Of a DNA stretch of 64,000 nt, positions 20,337 to 30,362 are shown in pieces. Every line of letters starts with the position of its first letter. Positions within the stretch are counted from its first letter, which is position 1. Location of the stretch: IMG/VR virus record IMGVR_UViG_3300045919_000302, positions 64,001 to 128,000 of that record; one strand, written 5' to 3'. Under the pieces are notes generated by a model that worked only from the letters and a program-made list of their open reading frames with translations, was not told the DNA's origin and did not search any database. The position numbers and the translations under genes are program-made. Source of the stretch: a virus.

Positions 20337-20693
20337 TCATACATCGACCTCAACTGGTTCAACCGGGGGTAGATCTTCGACCCGCTCACCCGCTGCCTCA
20401 ACGATACTAACCAGCCTCGAAATCTCTTTCGCTACGTAGAGCCAGACCAGCTCGCCTTCGCGAAATTTCATCGTCGAAAACTCTCGGCGATCCTCTGCGT
20501 CCAGCAGATAAATCAGCCCAGACGATGCGAGAAAACAGTTTCTCTTATCCTTCGAGAACCAGACCGTTGCACCAAAAACATCGACCGCGAACGTCTTCTT
20601 GGCCATCTCCCAAAGTGTAACGTGAGAAGACGGAACCCCCAAGCTATGTGTGCAACGGAATGCCGAATCGGTCGAGAGATTCTTCGACGACAC
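20337..20693 (-). CDS. hypothetical protein
   Basis: 118-aa ORF; start uncertain. Confidence 0.45.
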   Translation of the reverse strand: MSSKNLSTDSAFRCTHSLGVPSSHVTLWEMAKKTFAVDVFGATVWFSKDKRNCFLASSGLIYLLDAEDRREFSTMKFREGELVWLYVAKEISRLVSIVEAAGERVEDLPPVEPVEVDV

Positions 20694-21186
20694 CGATAAT
20701 CATTTCGACAATCTTGTCGAGCGATCTCGTCTCAAGTTGAGCCAACTTCTCAAGCTGACTACGGATATCGCCGCCCAAATCCACGCTCATTTCGTCCGCG
20801 TCTTGAAGTGCAATCTCAGCCTTTGCAGACAATACGTGCAGAGCTGCTCTCACTTCACGAGCGACAGCGTCGAGAGAGGATCTCAATGCATCACGGACCT
20901 CGACTGGATTAGGAGCCCCTAGTTGGTCAAGCTTCTTGAGATACTCAGACCGCGACTGGGAGATGACCTCGTCGAAACCGGCGCATATCCCCCTGCACCG
21001 ACTCACTAATCGCCTCCCAGAGAGGGAGGCCGTGGCCTCCACGTGGACCTCGTCTACCTGGGCGAGGCGTTGCAATCCCTTCAGTAAAATCTTTGCGACC
21101 AAACTGAAGTCAATCTTTGCCGGCCTGCCGCCTTTGGCTCCGTTCGCTTTGCTCGTCTCTGACCGTTTGTCTTTTAGGTTTTTCAT
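20644..21186 (-). CDS. hypothetical protein with N-terminal 'NGxxGGRP' basic motif
   Basis: SETSKANGAKGGRP; promoter TTGACT-N17-TATATT-N6-ATG directly upstream. Confidence 0.65.
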   Translation of the reverse strand: MKNLKDKRSETSKANGAKGGRPAKIDFSLVAKILLKGLQRLAQVDEVHVEATASLSGRRLVSRCRGICAGFDEVISQSRSEYLKKLDQLGAPNPVEVRDALRSSLDAVAREVRAALHVLSAKAEIALQDADEMSVDLGGDIRSQLEKLAQLETRSLDKIVEMIIGVVEESLDRFGIPLHT

Positions 21187-21235
21187 TTTTTTAATATATC
21201 CTAAAACAACTGTAAAGTCAAAACCATATACCGGA

Positions 21236-22111
21236 CTATGCCTCACTCACCAACTCTTCGTAGAGGTCATCGCCCAGGAACTTGCGAAGCTCTGTGCCGT
21301 TCTCCCGCATCTGGTCGTACATCCGCCGGGTCTCGGTGCTGTCCGAATCGAGCCCCAAGTTATCGCAAAAGTCGTAGAAGCTTTCCTCGGCGAGCCGGGC
21401 GTCTGTGCCCAGACCTCCGAGCACCCCGATGGCCGTGGGATTGCGCGGCTTGCCGGACTTATCGACATGAGCCTTACCCATGCTGAAGAACGCGCTCAGG
21501 GTCTTGCCCTTCATCGCCAGCCTTACGGACCAGTTGTTGGCCCAAGAGCTGTCTTCCATGTTCGGGTTCGAGTGGACCGGCAGACACTCAATCGAGATCC
21601 CGTTGCGCTCAGCGAGATTTTTCACTTGAGGAGCAGTGCTTTCCAGGGCCGAAACGATCGATCGAAGCTCCGCTAGAACCTCTCCTGGGATCTCCTCCAT
21701 GAGCCACGCCTTGCCATATTTATAGGGCTGGCCTTCATGGATATACTCCTGGTCTGGGTTCAGGCCGGCATCGGCCAAAGCCTTAGATGCCAAAGTGTAA
21801 TAATCGGTGACACGTTTGGGCGTCTTGTCTGGATCGATACTCTTGAGGAAAGCCATCTGCCGAGGAGATCCAGCCCGCATGTCATTCAGGTGGTAGAGAT
21901 CCCAGATCTGGCAGAGCCGCACGATGTTCGGACTGTCCTTGAATCGGTCGCGGATCTCGTCCACAACCTGGCCACAGCTGATTGCGTCGGTGCCTGACTT
22001 GTTCCAGACGGTACCCGAGATGCTCAACCGCGCATGGGTGAGTCGAATCTCGACAGACACGTCAGAGGAAAGATAGATCGGCTTAGCGGACAGAGGGGAT
22101 GACTTATTCAT
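21236..22111 (-). CDS. two-domain hypothetical phage early protein
   Basis: SD AAGGAG before ATG 22111; SCGQ..WDLYHLNDMRAG..YKYGKAWL domain followed by an FYDFCDNLGLDSDS domain. Confidence 0.7.
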   Translation of the reverse strand: MNKSSPLSAKPIYLSSDVSVEIRLTHARLSISGTVWNKSGTDAISCGQVVDEIRDRFKDSPNIVRLCQIWDLYHLNDMRAGSPRQMAFLKSIDPDKTPKRVTDYYTLASKALADAGLNPDQEYIHEGQPYKYGKAWLMEEIPGEVLAELRSIVSALESTAPQVKNLAERNGISIECLPVHSNPNMEDSSWANNWSVRLAMKGKTLSAFFSMGKAHVDKSGKPRNPTAIGVLGGLGTDARLAEESFYDFCDNLGLDSDSTETRRMYDQMRENGTELRKFLGDDLYEELVSEA

Positions 22112-22322
22112 GAGCGCTCCTTGATCAATTTGACGGTAGGCTTCTTCTGCTTCAGCTTTGTCCAAACTGAACGAGGAAGCCTGTACTGTTGGGAGTCCAT
22201 GAAAGTCTCCCTTGACGCAGAGCATCTCACATAGCGTAATCAAAAGTCAACAATGACCAACGAACGATAAATATCTGTGTTTACAGCAGGATAATCAAGC
22301 TGACGTAAAGCTATTTGTAAAG

Positions 22323-22778
22323 TCAGGCCGCCTGATCAAAGGCGTGATCATATACGCCATCCCAGCAATTCGGATCCGTTGGGCGATTGGCATTCGGGAC
22401 GGAAATTCGCTTGCCGCTCGCGGGAGGCGCGATGGCGAAATGAACCCATCCCTTGGTGTACCGGAAGTCCTCGAAGTAGAGGCCGAGCTTCTGCATCAGC
22501 GGGAGATTCGCGAGCACCCAGGCGCGGAGTTTTCCGTCCGGATCCGAGATGTCGCAGGCCAGGCCCTTCATGTGATTCGAGTGAGTAGCAGCCCCAGGAG
22601 TTGAGGAATTGATCGCGGCCGGACGCCAGCCTGAGTCCACGATCATGGGAAGACCGTAGGCCGCCCTTACGAGGTTCATTTGGATCAGGAGACGATCCAG
22701 ATTGGTGCTGATCTCAGCCGTATATTCCTGGGGGTATTGCTTATCCCGACCCTTGAGTAGCTCGTCTTTTAAAATCAC
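22323..22778 (-). CDS. peptidase M15 family endolysin (Zn peptidoglycan peptidase)
   Basis: SGWRP...SNHMKGLACDI...WVH; GTG 22778 with SD AAGGAGG. Confidence 0.88.
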   Translation of the reverse strand: MILKDELLKGRDKQYPQEYTAEISTNLDRLLIQMNLVRAAYGLPMIVDSGWRPAAINSSTPGAATHSNHMKGLACDISDPDGKLRAWVLANLPLMQKLGLYFEDFRYTKGWVHFAIAPPASGKRISVPNANRPTDPNCWDGVYDHAFDQAA

Positions 22779-22888
22779 CGTGGCCTCCTTGCATTTGCAC
22801 CCAATTGAACTACGATCTAGGTATCGGCGTAAACGGATTTGCTTCGATAGCGGAGGCCGGTCACGGAAGATCTGGCCCCGCTCACTCG

Positions 22889-23758
22889 CTAGAACTTTCG
22901 CTCTCTTTCCATTCTCCTTAGGCATTCGAACCCGGTCTCTCCTGGGAGCATCTCATAGCCACAGCCGGTTGCGCCGCCTTTCCAGGATCCAGTTTCTTCT
23001 CCCACCTCTTGGTCGAATTCCACAGAGATCGAACGCTCAACCTTTTTCGGTCCAAATCGAAAGGGAAGCTTATGGAATATTTTCCACCGCCACTCACGCT
23101 CCTCGATGTGGAACTTCACCTTCCTGTACTGGATCTCTCCGCTCTTCAGCGTATACGTGTAGTTCCCAAGAAAGATGGCCCGGTGGTCCGGAAAGTCTTC
23201 GTCTTTGAAGTCGAAGTACCCTACCTTGGGATTTTTCTTTCTCTCCTTACGAATGGCCTGGCACCGCTGCTCATAGGTGGACATGTTCCATTTGCCGTCA
23301 GCGGTCAGTACGACGTGCCTGACGCTCGCGCCCCAGTCCCACGGGAAATGGAAGTGCTTGCTGTAGCCGTACTTCTTTTTGTCGCTTCCACTTGCGGCGC
23401 AGGTGTGGCCCCAGTGCCAAACGAAGGTGTCCTTGTATGAGTAAAACCCCCAATCTCTGCCATGCGAGTCCTCAAACCATCTCGGGTTCTGGACCTCTCC
23501 GCGCTTGAACCATCCAATGGCCCACCTCTTCGGAAGGAGTCTGTGAAAGGTCAGGTAGAGAGAGCAGCCAAGAATGGCGACAGCCAACTGGACCGCACGA
23601 TCGTCCTGGCCACCCAGAGTGACCATGCACCTGACGAGCGGGTCCGCCCTCTTCCGGCTGATGTGATACTCCCATCGCCAACTGTTCGCCCAGCCGCGCC
23701 AGTGGCTGATGCTACTCTTGCGACTGTTTGGATGATCCAGCAGGTTCTGTGATCTCAT
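22889..23758 (-). CDS. Trp-rich hypothetical phage protein
   Basis: 289-aa ORF coupled to the upstream gene; EVGEETGSWKGG motif. Confidence 0.7.
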   Translation of the reverse strand: MRSQNLLDHPNSRKSSISHWRGWANSWRWEYHISRKRADPLVRCMVTLGGQDDRAVQLAVAILGCSLYLTFHRLLPKRWAIGWFKRGEVQNPRWFEDSHGRDWGFYSYKDTFVWHWGHTCAASGSDKKKYGYSKHFHFPWDWGASVRHVVLTADGKWNMSTYEQRCQAIRKERKKNPKVGYFDFKDEDFPDHRAIFLGNYTYTLKSGEIQYRKVKFHIEEREWRWKIFHKLPFRFGPKKVERSISVEFDQEVGEETGSWKGGATGCGYEMLPGETGFECLRRMERERKF

Positions 23759-24513
23759 TTGGTCATCTCCGCCAGAGTTTTGATCAGAGCGGGCTCCAGG
23801 TACTCGTTGATGTTTCTGTTCTGCTCTGAAGCGAGCCTCGACAGAGTTTTGATCGCTTCGAACACGTTGTCGTTCGCGTTGAGCAGGACGGTTTCACTCT
23901 TGCCGTTCATGAAGATCACGCAGCCGTGGGTCACCATCTCGGCATGGTTTTTCATGATGCGCTGAACGCTTTTGGCAAACTTATCGAAGCTGCCACCAGC
24001 TCTCTCCTCGGCTTTCTCGATCTGGCTTTCCACGTCGTGACCGAGACCCTTCATCTCCTTCTTGACGCTCTTGGTGAGCTTCTTCCATAGACTCTTGTCC
24101 GTCACGGCGAAGATGTCCTGGAGCTTTTCGGTTCCGAACTTCTGCGAAAGACGCTCATAGTCCTTCATGAACTTCTCTGGGTTCTGAGATCCCCGGAGAA
24201 CGTTCAGGCGGAAGGCCACGAGCCCAAAGAGATCCTGATCGGACCACTTCTCGTCGGTGTGAACGACGGCCGGCACGTAGGTCATCCCCGCGATCTTGGC
24301 GGCCTTATACCGGTGCTCACCCCCAAGGATGATGTACTTCCCGTCCTGGGTGGGAACCACGTTGATCGGATCCAAGAAGCCGACATCCCGGATCTCCTCC
24401 ACCAGGCGCTGAAGCGTGGTCTCGGACATTTCGTTGATGTTGTGCGGATTCAGCACCAGGGCATCGACGTGGATGTCCACCGTCTTGAGAGAGCTTTCCT
24501 TGGTCATCTCCAT
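23755..24513 (-). CDS. ParB/sulfiredoxin N-terminal-domain protein
   Basis: NPHNINEM, IRDVGFLDPI, ILGGEHRYKAA, LNVLRG. Confidence 0.9.
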   Translation of the reverse strand: MEMTKESSLKTVDIHVDALVLNPHNINEMSETTLQRLVEEIRDVGFLDPINVVPTQDGKYIILGGEHRYKAAKIAGMTYVPAVVHTDEKWSDQDLFGLVAFRLNVLRGSQNPEKFMKDYERLSQKFGTEKLQDIFAVTDKSLWKKLTKSVKKEMKGLGHDVESQIEKAEERAGGSFDKFAKSVQRIMKNHAEMVTHGCVIFMNGKSETVLLNANDNVFEAIKTLSRLASEQNRNINEYLEPALIKTLAEMTK

Positions 24514-25316
24514 CAGAGCACCTGATTGCCGTCGGCATCGTGGGCCGTGAGCTTCAGACTGAACACGCTCGCGTACCGACGGAGAGCCTGAAGGGCGAAG
24601 TCGATCCCCTCTGCCTCGAAGTCATTGGACCCGAGGAACTCCGCGCAGGCCAGGGCAATACACTCGGCGTTGCTCTGGATCTGGGGATTGACCGATTTGA
24701 TCTTGTCGATCGTCTGGCAGACCACCATGTAGGACTCGTGCTGAAACTGGTAGGTGATCGACTTGAGTTGATGTTCGACCGGCGTGCCTTTCACCGCGTC
24801 CTCGTTCGCCAGGGCCTGGTCCGGCTCGTTCGGCACCATCGAGGTCAGGTAACCCTTCACTTCTTTCTTGAGATCATCGGCCGTCAGGAGCTTGGCCTTC
24901 TCGACCCAGGTATCCACGTTCTCTTCGGTGACGACGCGGGTAAGGTCCTTGAGTTTGTCCCAGCCCACTTCCTTCACCTTACCGAGAAGCTGCTCGTTCT
25001 TCCCGAAGTGGAGCCAGATGTCGGCCAGGTACTTGGCCTTCGTATATTTGATGCCGAGTTCCCGGTTCGCGTACTCCTTGAAGGTCGCGTAACCCCAACT
25101 CTCGTACCGATTCTGAACCCGTGCTGCGTGAAGGAGCATAGCCAACTCAAGGTAGTTCTCCTTGATATTGTTACAGAGAGACAGGATCCGACGACGATGA
25201 TCATCGCTGGAGATGTCCAGCTGCTTCTCCTTTTCCATTAGCACCACGGGCTGGGTGTCGGGAATAAAGTCTTCAACCAGTTCAACATCAACCACTTCAT
25301 TTTTTCTTTTCGTCAT
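24513..25316 (-). CDS. DUF3102-like helical DNA-binding protein
   Basis: LAMLLH...YESWGYATFKEYANRELGIKYTKAKYL. Confidence 0.6.
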   Translation of the reverse strand: MTKRKNEVVDVELVEDFIPDTQPVVLMEKEKQLDISSDDHRRRILSLCNNIKENYLELAMLLHAARVQNRYESWGYATFKEYANRELGIKYTKAKYLADIWLHFGKNEQLLGKVKEVGWDKLKDLTRVVTEENVDTWVEKAKLLTADDLKKEVKGYLTSMVPNEPDQALANEDAVKGTPVEHQLKSITYQFQHESYMVVCQTIDKIKSVNPQIQSNAECIALACAEFLGSNDFEAEGIDFALQALRRYASVFSLKLTAHDADGNQVL

Positions 25317-26149
25317 ACCTTCCCCTTTTGGAAACACAGATTTCTTACCGGACAAGCCTTTGCTCGTGAGCAAGAGGCGGAATCGCAAACCTCTCTTGGC
25401 GGAACAATTTTGGTCCTCATTCCCTCGCGGGCCAGAGCCAGGGCTTCGAGCGCCTTTTCTATAACCGCAGGATCGTATTTCACCTCGAACATCGCAAGCA
25501 GAGACTCATCCTTATCCATGTAAAGAATGATTCCCTCCTTAAGCCCGGTGAGCCACATGTAGAGCTGGGTTTGAAGGACGTGGGCTGGCTGCGGCCGACG
25601 CTTCATGTCCGCCACGAGCTTGAACTGCATGGCGTTGCAGGTCTTCAGCTCAAGGACTTTCTTTTTCTTCCCAATCCGGAGAATGCCGTCCACGTGGGCA
25701 GTCACCCCGTGAAGTAGATCAGCGGGCTCGATCTCAATGTAAAAGAAGTCGGTTCCCTGGCACTGTCCAGTCGGGCACTCCAGCCCGCAAGTCTTTGGCC
25801 TGAGAGAATCCTTGTGAACTCGGTGACATCTCCGGCAGAGCCAGTGGCCCTCAAGCCAGCCCCACTGACCGAACCATTCGTTCTGAGCCAGGGTATGAAA
25901 GGCTTTGCCGATGTCGAAGATCCTGCGGAGTCGGGGCTCGATCTTCTCGACCTTACTGATCTGATGGATATGCCTGAGTACCTCCTCCCGTGGGCAAAGC
26001 TTGACGAGCCTTGAGACCCGGTAGGTCTGATCCGCCGTCGGGGGTGGTATGACCTCCTCCGAAGCAAGCTTCAGGTTCATCTCCTGGATGAGATCAAAAA
26101 ATGGTTCGGGCTCTTCGAACGCCGCCCGTAGTGCATCTGCAAGAGCCAT
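25313..26149 (-). CDS. Cas4-like PD-(D/E)XK exonuclease with Fe-S cysteines
   Basis: LCPRE, HVDGIL, VLELKT, QTQLYM, C-terminal Cys cluster; additional internal CxxC ribbon. Confidence 0.85.
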   Translation of the reverse strand: MALADALRAAFEEPEPFFDLIQEMNLKLASEEVIPPPTADQTYRVSRLVKLCPREEVLRHIHQISKVEKIEPRLRRIFDIGKAFHTLAQNEWFGQWGWLEGHWLCRRCHRVHKDSLRPKTCGLECPTGQCQGTDFFYIEIEPADLLHGVTAHVDGILRIGKKKKVLELKTCNAMQFKLVADMKRRPQPAHVLQTQLYMWLTGLKEGIILYMDKDESLLAMFEVKYDPAVIEKALEALALAREGMRTKIVPPREVCDSASCSRAKACPVRNLCFQKGKV

Positions 26150-26151
26150 AG

Positions 26152-27143
26152 TTATAGCAGCCGCAAGCGCTGCATCTCCTTACGCCATTTGTCTTTGTTT
26201 TCCATGAACAGCCCGGCCACCGTCACGTAGTAGTTGATCCGTTTGATGAGCCTGTCGGTTGGTGGCGCGGAATTGCCGCCAAGCTCCGTCCAAATTTTGA
26301 TGAAGGCTTGCTTCACCTTCTTGGTCTTCAGTTCCTTGGCCGTCTCGACGATCTCCTCGTCCATCTTCTGGCAGTACTTCTTCATCTCGTCCAGACCTGG
26401 AACCGTAAGGCCGACGGCCTGGATCCTGCCGAACTCTCGATACGTCTTCAAGATCGCATCAATATGTGCCGGATCCGCGTGAATAAGGTCCAACAACTGG
26501 TCAATCCGGAGTGTAAGCTTTTCGTCATGTTTCCACTCCAGGCTGCCAGTCACGGCAATATCCAAACCATCCGGCCTCTTTATAATGAAGTATTTGTCCA
26601 TCAACTGAATTCGGATATCGTCACAGTCCCAATAGGTGAACCTCACCTCTGAGCACCGCTTCGAAAGAGCCCGATCACGCTGCCGCAACTTCTGGGCGGC
26701 ATTGCGAATCAGCTGAGGAACATCTACCTCAACGGTCACAGCGTTCCCTTCATCTTGAGGAGTTCGACAACCTCAATCTTCATCTTCGATTCGCAATAGC
26801 CCCGGGCAAATTCGTAAGACTCGTCAATCTCCTTCTGAACCTCGGGAGTGACCTTCTTGCCGACGGGGAGGTGAATGCTGACGCCAACCTTCCCCATGTT
26901 GTAGTTCCCGAGCGATATCGTCGCCCCCATGTCCATCGAGATGTGGATCAAACCCTCATCCTCGATGGCCACTCTGGCGACCTCAGTCTGCTCGGACTTT
27001 AAGACCTTCTGGGTCGGGACCTTCTCGCCATCTATGTACTCGGTCTTGTCAATGGTCACTTCGGTGGTTGCCTTAGCTCCGGCCGACTTGATCTCCTTGG
27101 GCTTGTTCGCGAGCAAGACTGTCAGATCGGTACTCTTCGTCAT
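26152..27143 (-). CDS. two hypothetical proteins (26152..26739; 26736..27143)
   Basis: Coupled ORFs in the recombination module. Confidence 0.7.
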
Positions 27144-27838
27144 TGGGCCTCCACGAGCTTGGGCTTCGCCTTGCCGGGGGTAACGCGAAGATGGGTGCCC
27201 TTCTCCAGACGGGCTCCGGGGACCGCCTTCGGATCTACCTTCAGGGCGGTCTCGATTGCCGACTTGCTGTGCTCAAGGGAGAACAACTTCTCAGCAACGC
27301 CACGCTCTTCCTTCGTCAGCTCCAGGCGATAGAAGACGTTCGCGCCCTTCTCAGCCTCGGTCAGATCCTTCCGGAACTCGACGACGCGACCGAGCTTCGC
27401 ACCAATCCAGAACTGGATCATCTCTTCGTCGTAGGCGAAGGACTCGGTGAAGCTGACCTTCATGAAGCCGGTCGGGACCAGAGCTGCGTCGTCGATGATC
27501 GTGCTCGCCCTGGAGTTGTTTTGAACGCGGATGTCCCAGGAGTCTCCGTGGAGCTTCCCGCCGGCAGCCACTGCGGCCTCCTTCATGAGATCCTCGGTGC
27601 GCTCATACATCTCCTGAAGGTAAGCGGCCTGGGCCTTGGCGGCGACGATGCCGGCTTCTAGTCCCGCCCGGAACCGGGCCGCCTGGTCCACCTTACCGCG
27701 CAGGAGGAGGTCCGCGACCTCGCCCAGCTCCTGGACTTCATCGGGGAGGGTGCTGCCGTCTTCGGCCGATTTCTTTTCGAGGTCCGCTTTGTACTGGACC
27801 AGATCCTTCAACGTGATTCCTTTTTTCAACTCAAGCAT
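27140..27838 (-). CDS. Siphovirus Gp157-like protein
   Basis: N-terminal coiled coil; IIDDAALVP..F; KSAIETALK...VPGARLEKGTHLRV. Confidence 0.78.
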   Translation of the reverse strand: MLELKKGITLKDLVQYKADLEKKSAEDGSTLPDEVQELGEVADLLLRGKVDQAARFRAGLEAGIVAAKAQAAYLQEMYERTEDLMKEAAVAAGGKLHGDSWDIRVQNNSRASTIIDDAALVPTGFMKVSFTESFAYDEEMIQFWIGAKLGRVVEFRKDLTEAEKGANVFYRLELTKEERGVAEKLFSLEHSKSAIETALKVDPKAVPGARLEKGTHLRVTPGKAKPKLVEAQ

Positions 27839-27884
27839 CTTCTTCCCTTTCGTTCGGGGGCCAAGAACCTGGCACCCGTAAGTT

Positions 27885-30287
27885 TCACCACCTGAACCCA
27901 GGAGGGCTCACAGTCTTCCAGTTTTTGGCCCCGTATTTTTTCTTACGCGACCGGGCATACACCATCGCCATGCGACACCCGCTGTCCACGAGATCCACGA
28001 CCAGCGGTGGCTTTTTGTCCGGCCTGACGCGCAGGATCCGGCCTACCGCCTGGTAGAGCGTCCCTTGGATCGGCGAGGCCATAACCATGGTGTCCAAGCG
28101 ATCGTTGTTGAATCCGACCGCCAAGAGCTGGGTCGTGGCTACGAGCACCTGGGCCTTCTCGGCGATTGCCCGTTCCTTCTTACCGATTTTCCCGTGCATC
28201 ATCCCCACCACAATCCCATGGGGCTTGAGCTGCTTTGTCAGCTCCTTGAACAAGATCTCGACATGCATCACCCGCTCAGACATCACGAGGACATGCCGGC
28301 CACTCAACGCGGCCTTCACCGCGTTGTTGATGATCACCACATTCCGGACCGGGTTGTTCGTCACCGACTTCAAGAACGGGTTCTTCTGACGATCCAAATC
28401 TCCTTCGCCGGCCCAAATATACTTCGTATCCACGAAGTAGACGGTGGGCTCTAGGACCTTGATGTCACCCATGGCTTTCACGATCGTGCCGATCCCATAC
28501 TTGAAGACGTTTTCAGCTCTGTCCTTGCGCTCCAGCGTGCCGGAGAGGCCGAGAAAGTATTTCGGCCGGAACTTGAAGAGCACCTTCTGGAACTCAGTCG
28601 CGCCGACGTAGTGGACCTCGTCGCAAGCGATCAGGCCGAACTCATCGTAAATGCTCTCAGGATAGTCATCCTTCATCGAGAGTGAGTGGAGCATACCGAT
28701 GCAAATGTCGTTACCCTTCACATCGACCGTCGATCCCTGAATAATTCCCAGCGACCAGTTGGGGAAGAAGCGTTTGATCTCCTTGATCCATTGCTCCATC
28801 AGCACCGTCGTGTGGACGACGATCAGGGTCTTCATCCCCATCCTGCGGGCGGTCTCAAGCGCGAGGACGGTTTTACCGCTGTTGTGGGTGACCGTAAAAT
28901 CGCCCATTACATACAGATGATCCCCATCAAGAGAGAAGCCGTAAAAATCGTCCTCAGGAAGACGCTCAACATCAAAAGCCGTCCTGAGCACGCTCTTCTT
29001 CTGGACTCTCTTTCTCGCCCTTTTCCTGGCGAGCCTCACTGGAACGTCAGCTAATTCACCGGAGATGCACACCCGATAGTAGGTGCCTCCGTTCCCATGT
29101 TGATCTCTCTTCTGGCAAGCCTTCATGTAAGCAGCAAAGCCAAGCGATCTGGCCAAGAAAACCACGCCGGATGCAAGCCTTCTGTCTTTCGAGATGTAAT
29201 CGAATGTGCCGTTTGACAAGCTGCCACCAGTGTCGACGATGCCAGCAAGAAGCCCCAGCCTGTCCTCTCGTGAGGAAGTCAGGTAAACACTGGGAATATG
29301 CTTGAATCTGGTGACATTCAAGCGCCGCAGCTTCGACAAGAAAGCGTTGCTCCCTTTCTTACACCCGACAGCCTTCACTGTGACGGCTCGATTGTTCGGC
29401 AACTCCATCTCAACGGAACTCATACCAATCGAATAGATGTACCGATTCCAATCGAAGATCAGCTCCCTATCCATGGAAGTCAACTCTGCCCGAGCAGCGG
29501 TGCCATCGCCAAGCCAGAGGCCCAGAATGTATGGCGGGATCGGCAGCTCTTTCTTCTGAAACTCAACCGGGACACGGTAAAGTTTGTGAACGCTTTTGAA
29601 CGACTTCGAGCGCGACAAGTAGTCAGCGACTGAGATGTTCACGATCGGGTTGTCGCCCAGGTAGTCCTTTCTTGGAGATTTCGATCCGCGAGGGTAACTC
29701 CTCTTCTTCGTCCTCATGAGAGACAGAATGTGACTCTCGTTAACGACGAACGGATCCCCCTTGGTCGGGGCAATCCTGACCATGCGCTGCCTTCCGCGTT
29801 TGAGTTCGAGAACCGTCCTCGGCTTACTATCTGGACCCATGAGCTGGTCACCGACACGCACATCTTCAACACGCCTCACGGAGCCGTCGAACATCAGGAT
29901 TTCGGTTCCTTTGGCGTGACAGCCCATAGTTGCCTCGATGATCGCACCTCCGAACTCGTTCTCCTTCATGGCTGCGATGGCTCTGGAGATCACATCCTCT
30001 TGGCCTTCGCGTGGAGCGATGGGATCCGCCGGCCTCGGCTGATTGGACCCGACGCTGTACTGGAGGACTGCTTTGGCGTCCGGAAATCTCTTCCTAACTA
30101 TCTTGTTGTAGTATCCTCGCGGGACGCAGAGGTGCTGCTCATCTTCAGCCCAGAGCCGAATCGGATCCGGCATCGGATTGAAAGAGGACGTCGAGACGGG
30201 CACGACCGTCAGCTTCTCTTTAATCATCTCACGGGCGGCGTGCGGCAAATCACTTTTTGAGACACTGACAAGACCACGGTATTTCAT
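27885..30287 (-). CDS. superfamily 2 (UvsW/ResIII-like) DExH helicase containing an intein
   Basis: Q motif REGQ; Walker A ATMG|SGKT split by the intein; DEVH; SGT; QAVGRILR. Confidence 0.92.
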   Translation of the reverse strand: MKYRGLVSVSKSDLPHAAREMIKEKLTVVPVSTSSFNPMPDPIRLWAEDEQHLCVPRGYYNKIVRKRFPDAKAVLQYSVGSNQPRPADPIAPREGQEDVISRAIAAMKENEFGGAIIEATMGCHAKGTEILMFDGSVRRVEDVRVGDQLMGPDSKPRTVLELKRGRQRMVRIAPTKGDPFVVNESHILSLMRTKKRSYPRGSKSPRKDYLGDNPIVNISVADYLSRSKSFKSVHKLYRVPVEFQKKELPIPPYILGLWLGDGTAARAELTSMDRELIFDWNRYIYSIGMSSVEMELPNNRAVTVKAVGCKKGSNAFLSKLRRLNVTRFKHIPSVYLTSSREDRLGLLAGIVDTGGSLSNGTFDYISKDRRLASGVVFLARSLGFAAYMKACQKRDQHGNGGTYYRVCISGELADVPVRLARKRARKRVQKKSVLRTAFDVERLPEDDFYGFSLDGDHLYVMGDFTVTHNSGKTVLALETARRMGMKTLIVVHTTVLMEQWIKEIKRFFPNWSLGIIQGSTVDVKGNDICIGMLHSLSMKDDYPESIYDEFGLIACDEVHYVGATEFQKVLFKFRPKYFLGLSGTLERKDRAENVFKYGIGTIVKAMGDIKVLEPTVYFVDTKYIWAGEGDLDRQKNPFLKSVTNNPVRNVVIINNAVKAALSGRHVLVMSERVMHVEILFKELTKQLKPHGIVVGMMHGKIGKKERAIAEKAQVLVATTQLLAVGFNNDRLDTMVMASPIQGTLYQAVGRILRVRPDKKPPLVVDLVDSGCRMAMVYARSRKKKYGAKNWKTVSPPGFRW
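28881..29921 (-). mobile_element. intein (347 aa) with in-frame LAGLIDADG homing endonuclease
   Basis: Starts CHAKGTEILMFDG, block B VNESHIL, ends VTHN before Ser; motifs ILGLWLGDG and LLAGIVDTGG. Confidence 0.95.
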
Positions 30288-30362
30288 TTCTGCCTCTCAA
30301 GACAATAGAGAGCCCGACCCCCAGAGAGTGTGTGTGGTGGGGATATCTAGGAGCCGGGCGCT

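Noticed and set aside
20161-20340. Possible tRNA or ncRNA in an apparent gap
   Set aside because: No cloverleaf; it is explained by a <60-aa membrane ORF starting at ATG 20340 on the minus strand.
25313-26149. Cas4-like gene as evidence of CRISPR-Cas
   Set aside because: No array, cas1/cas2 or effector genes seen; the context is a phage recombination module.
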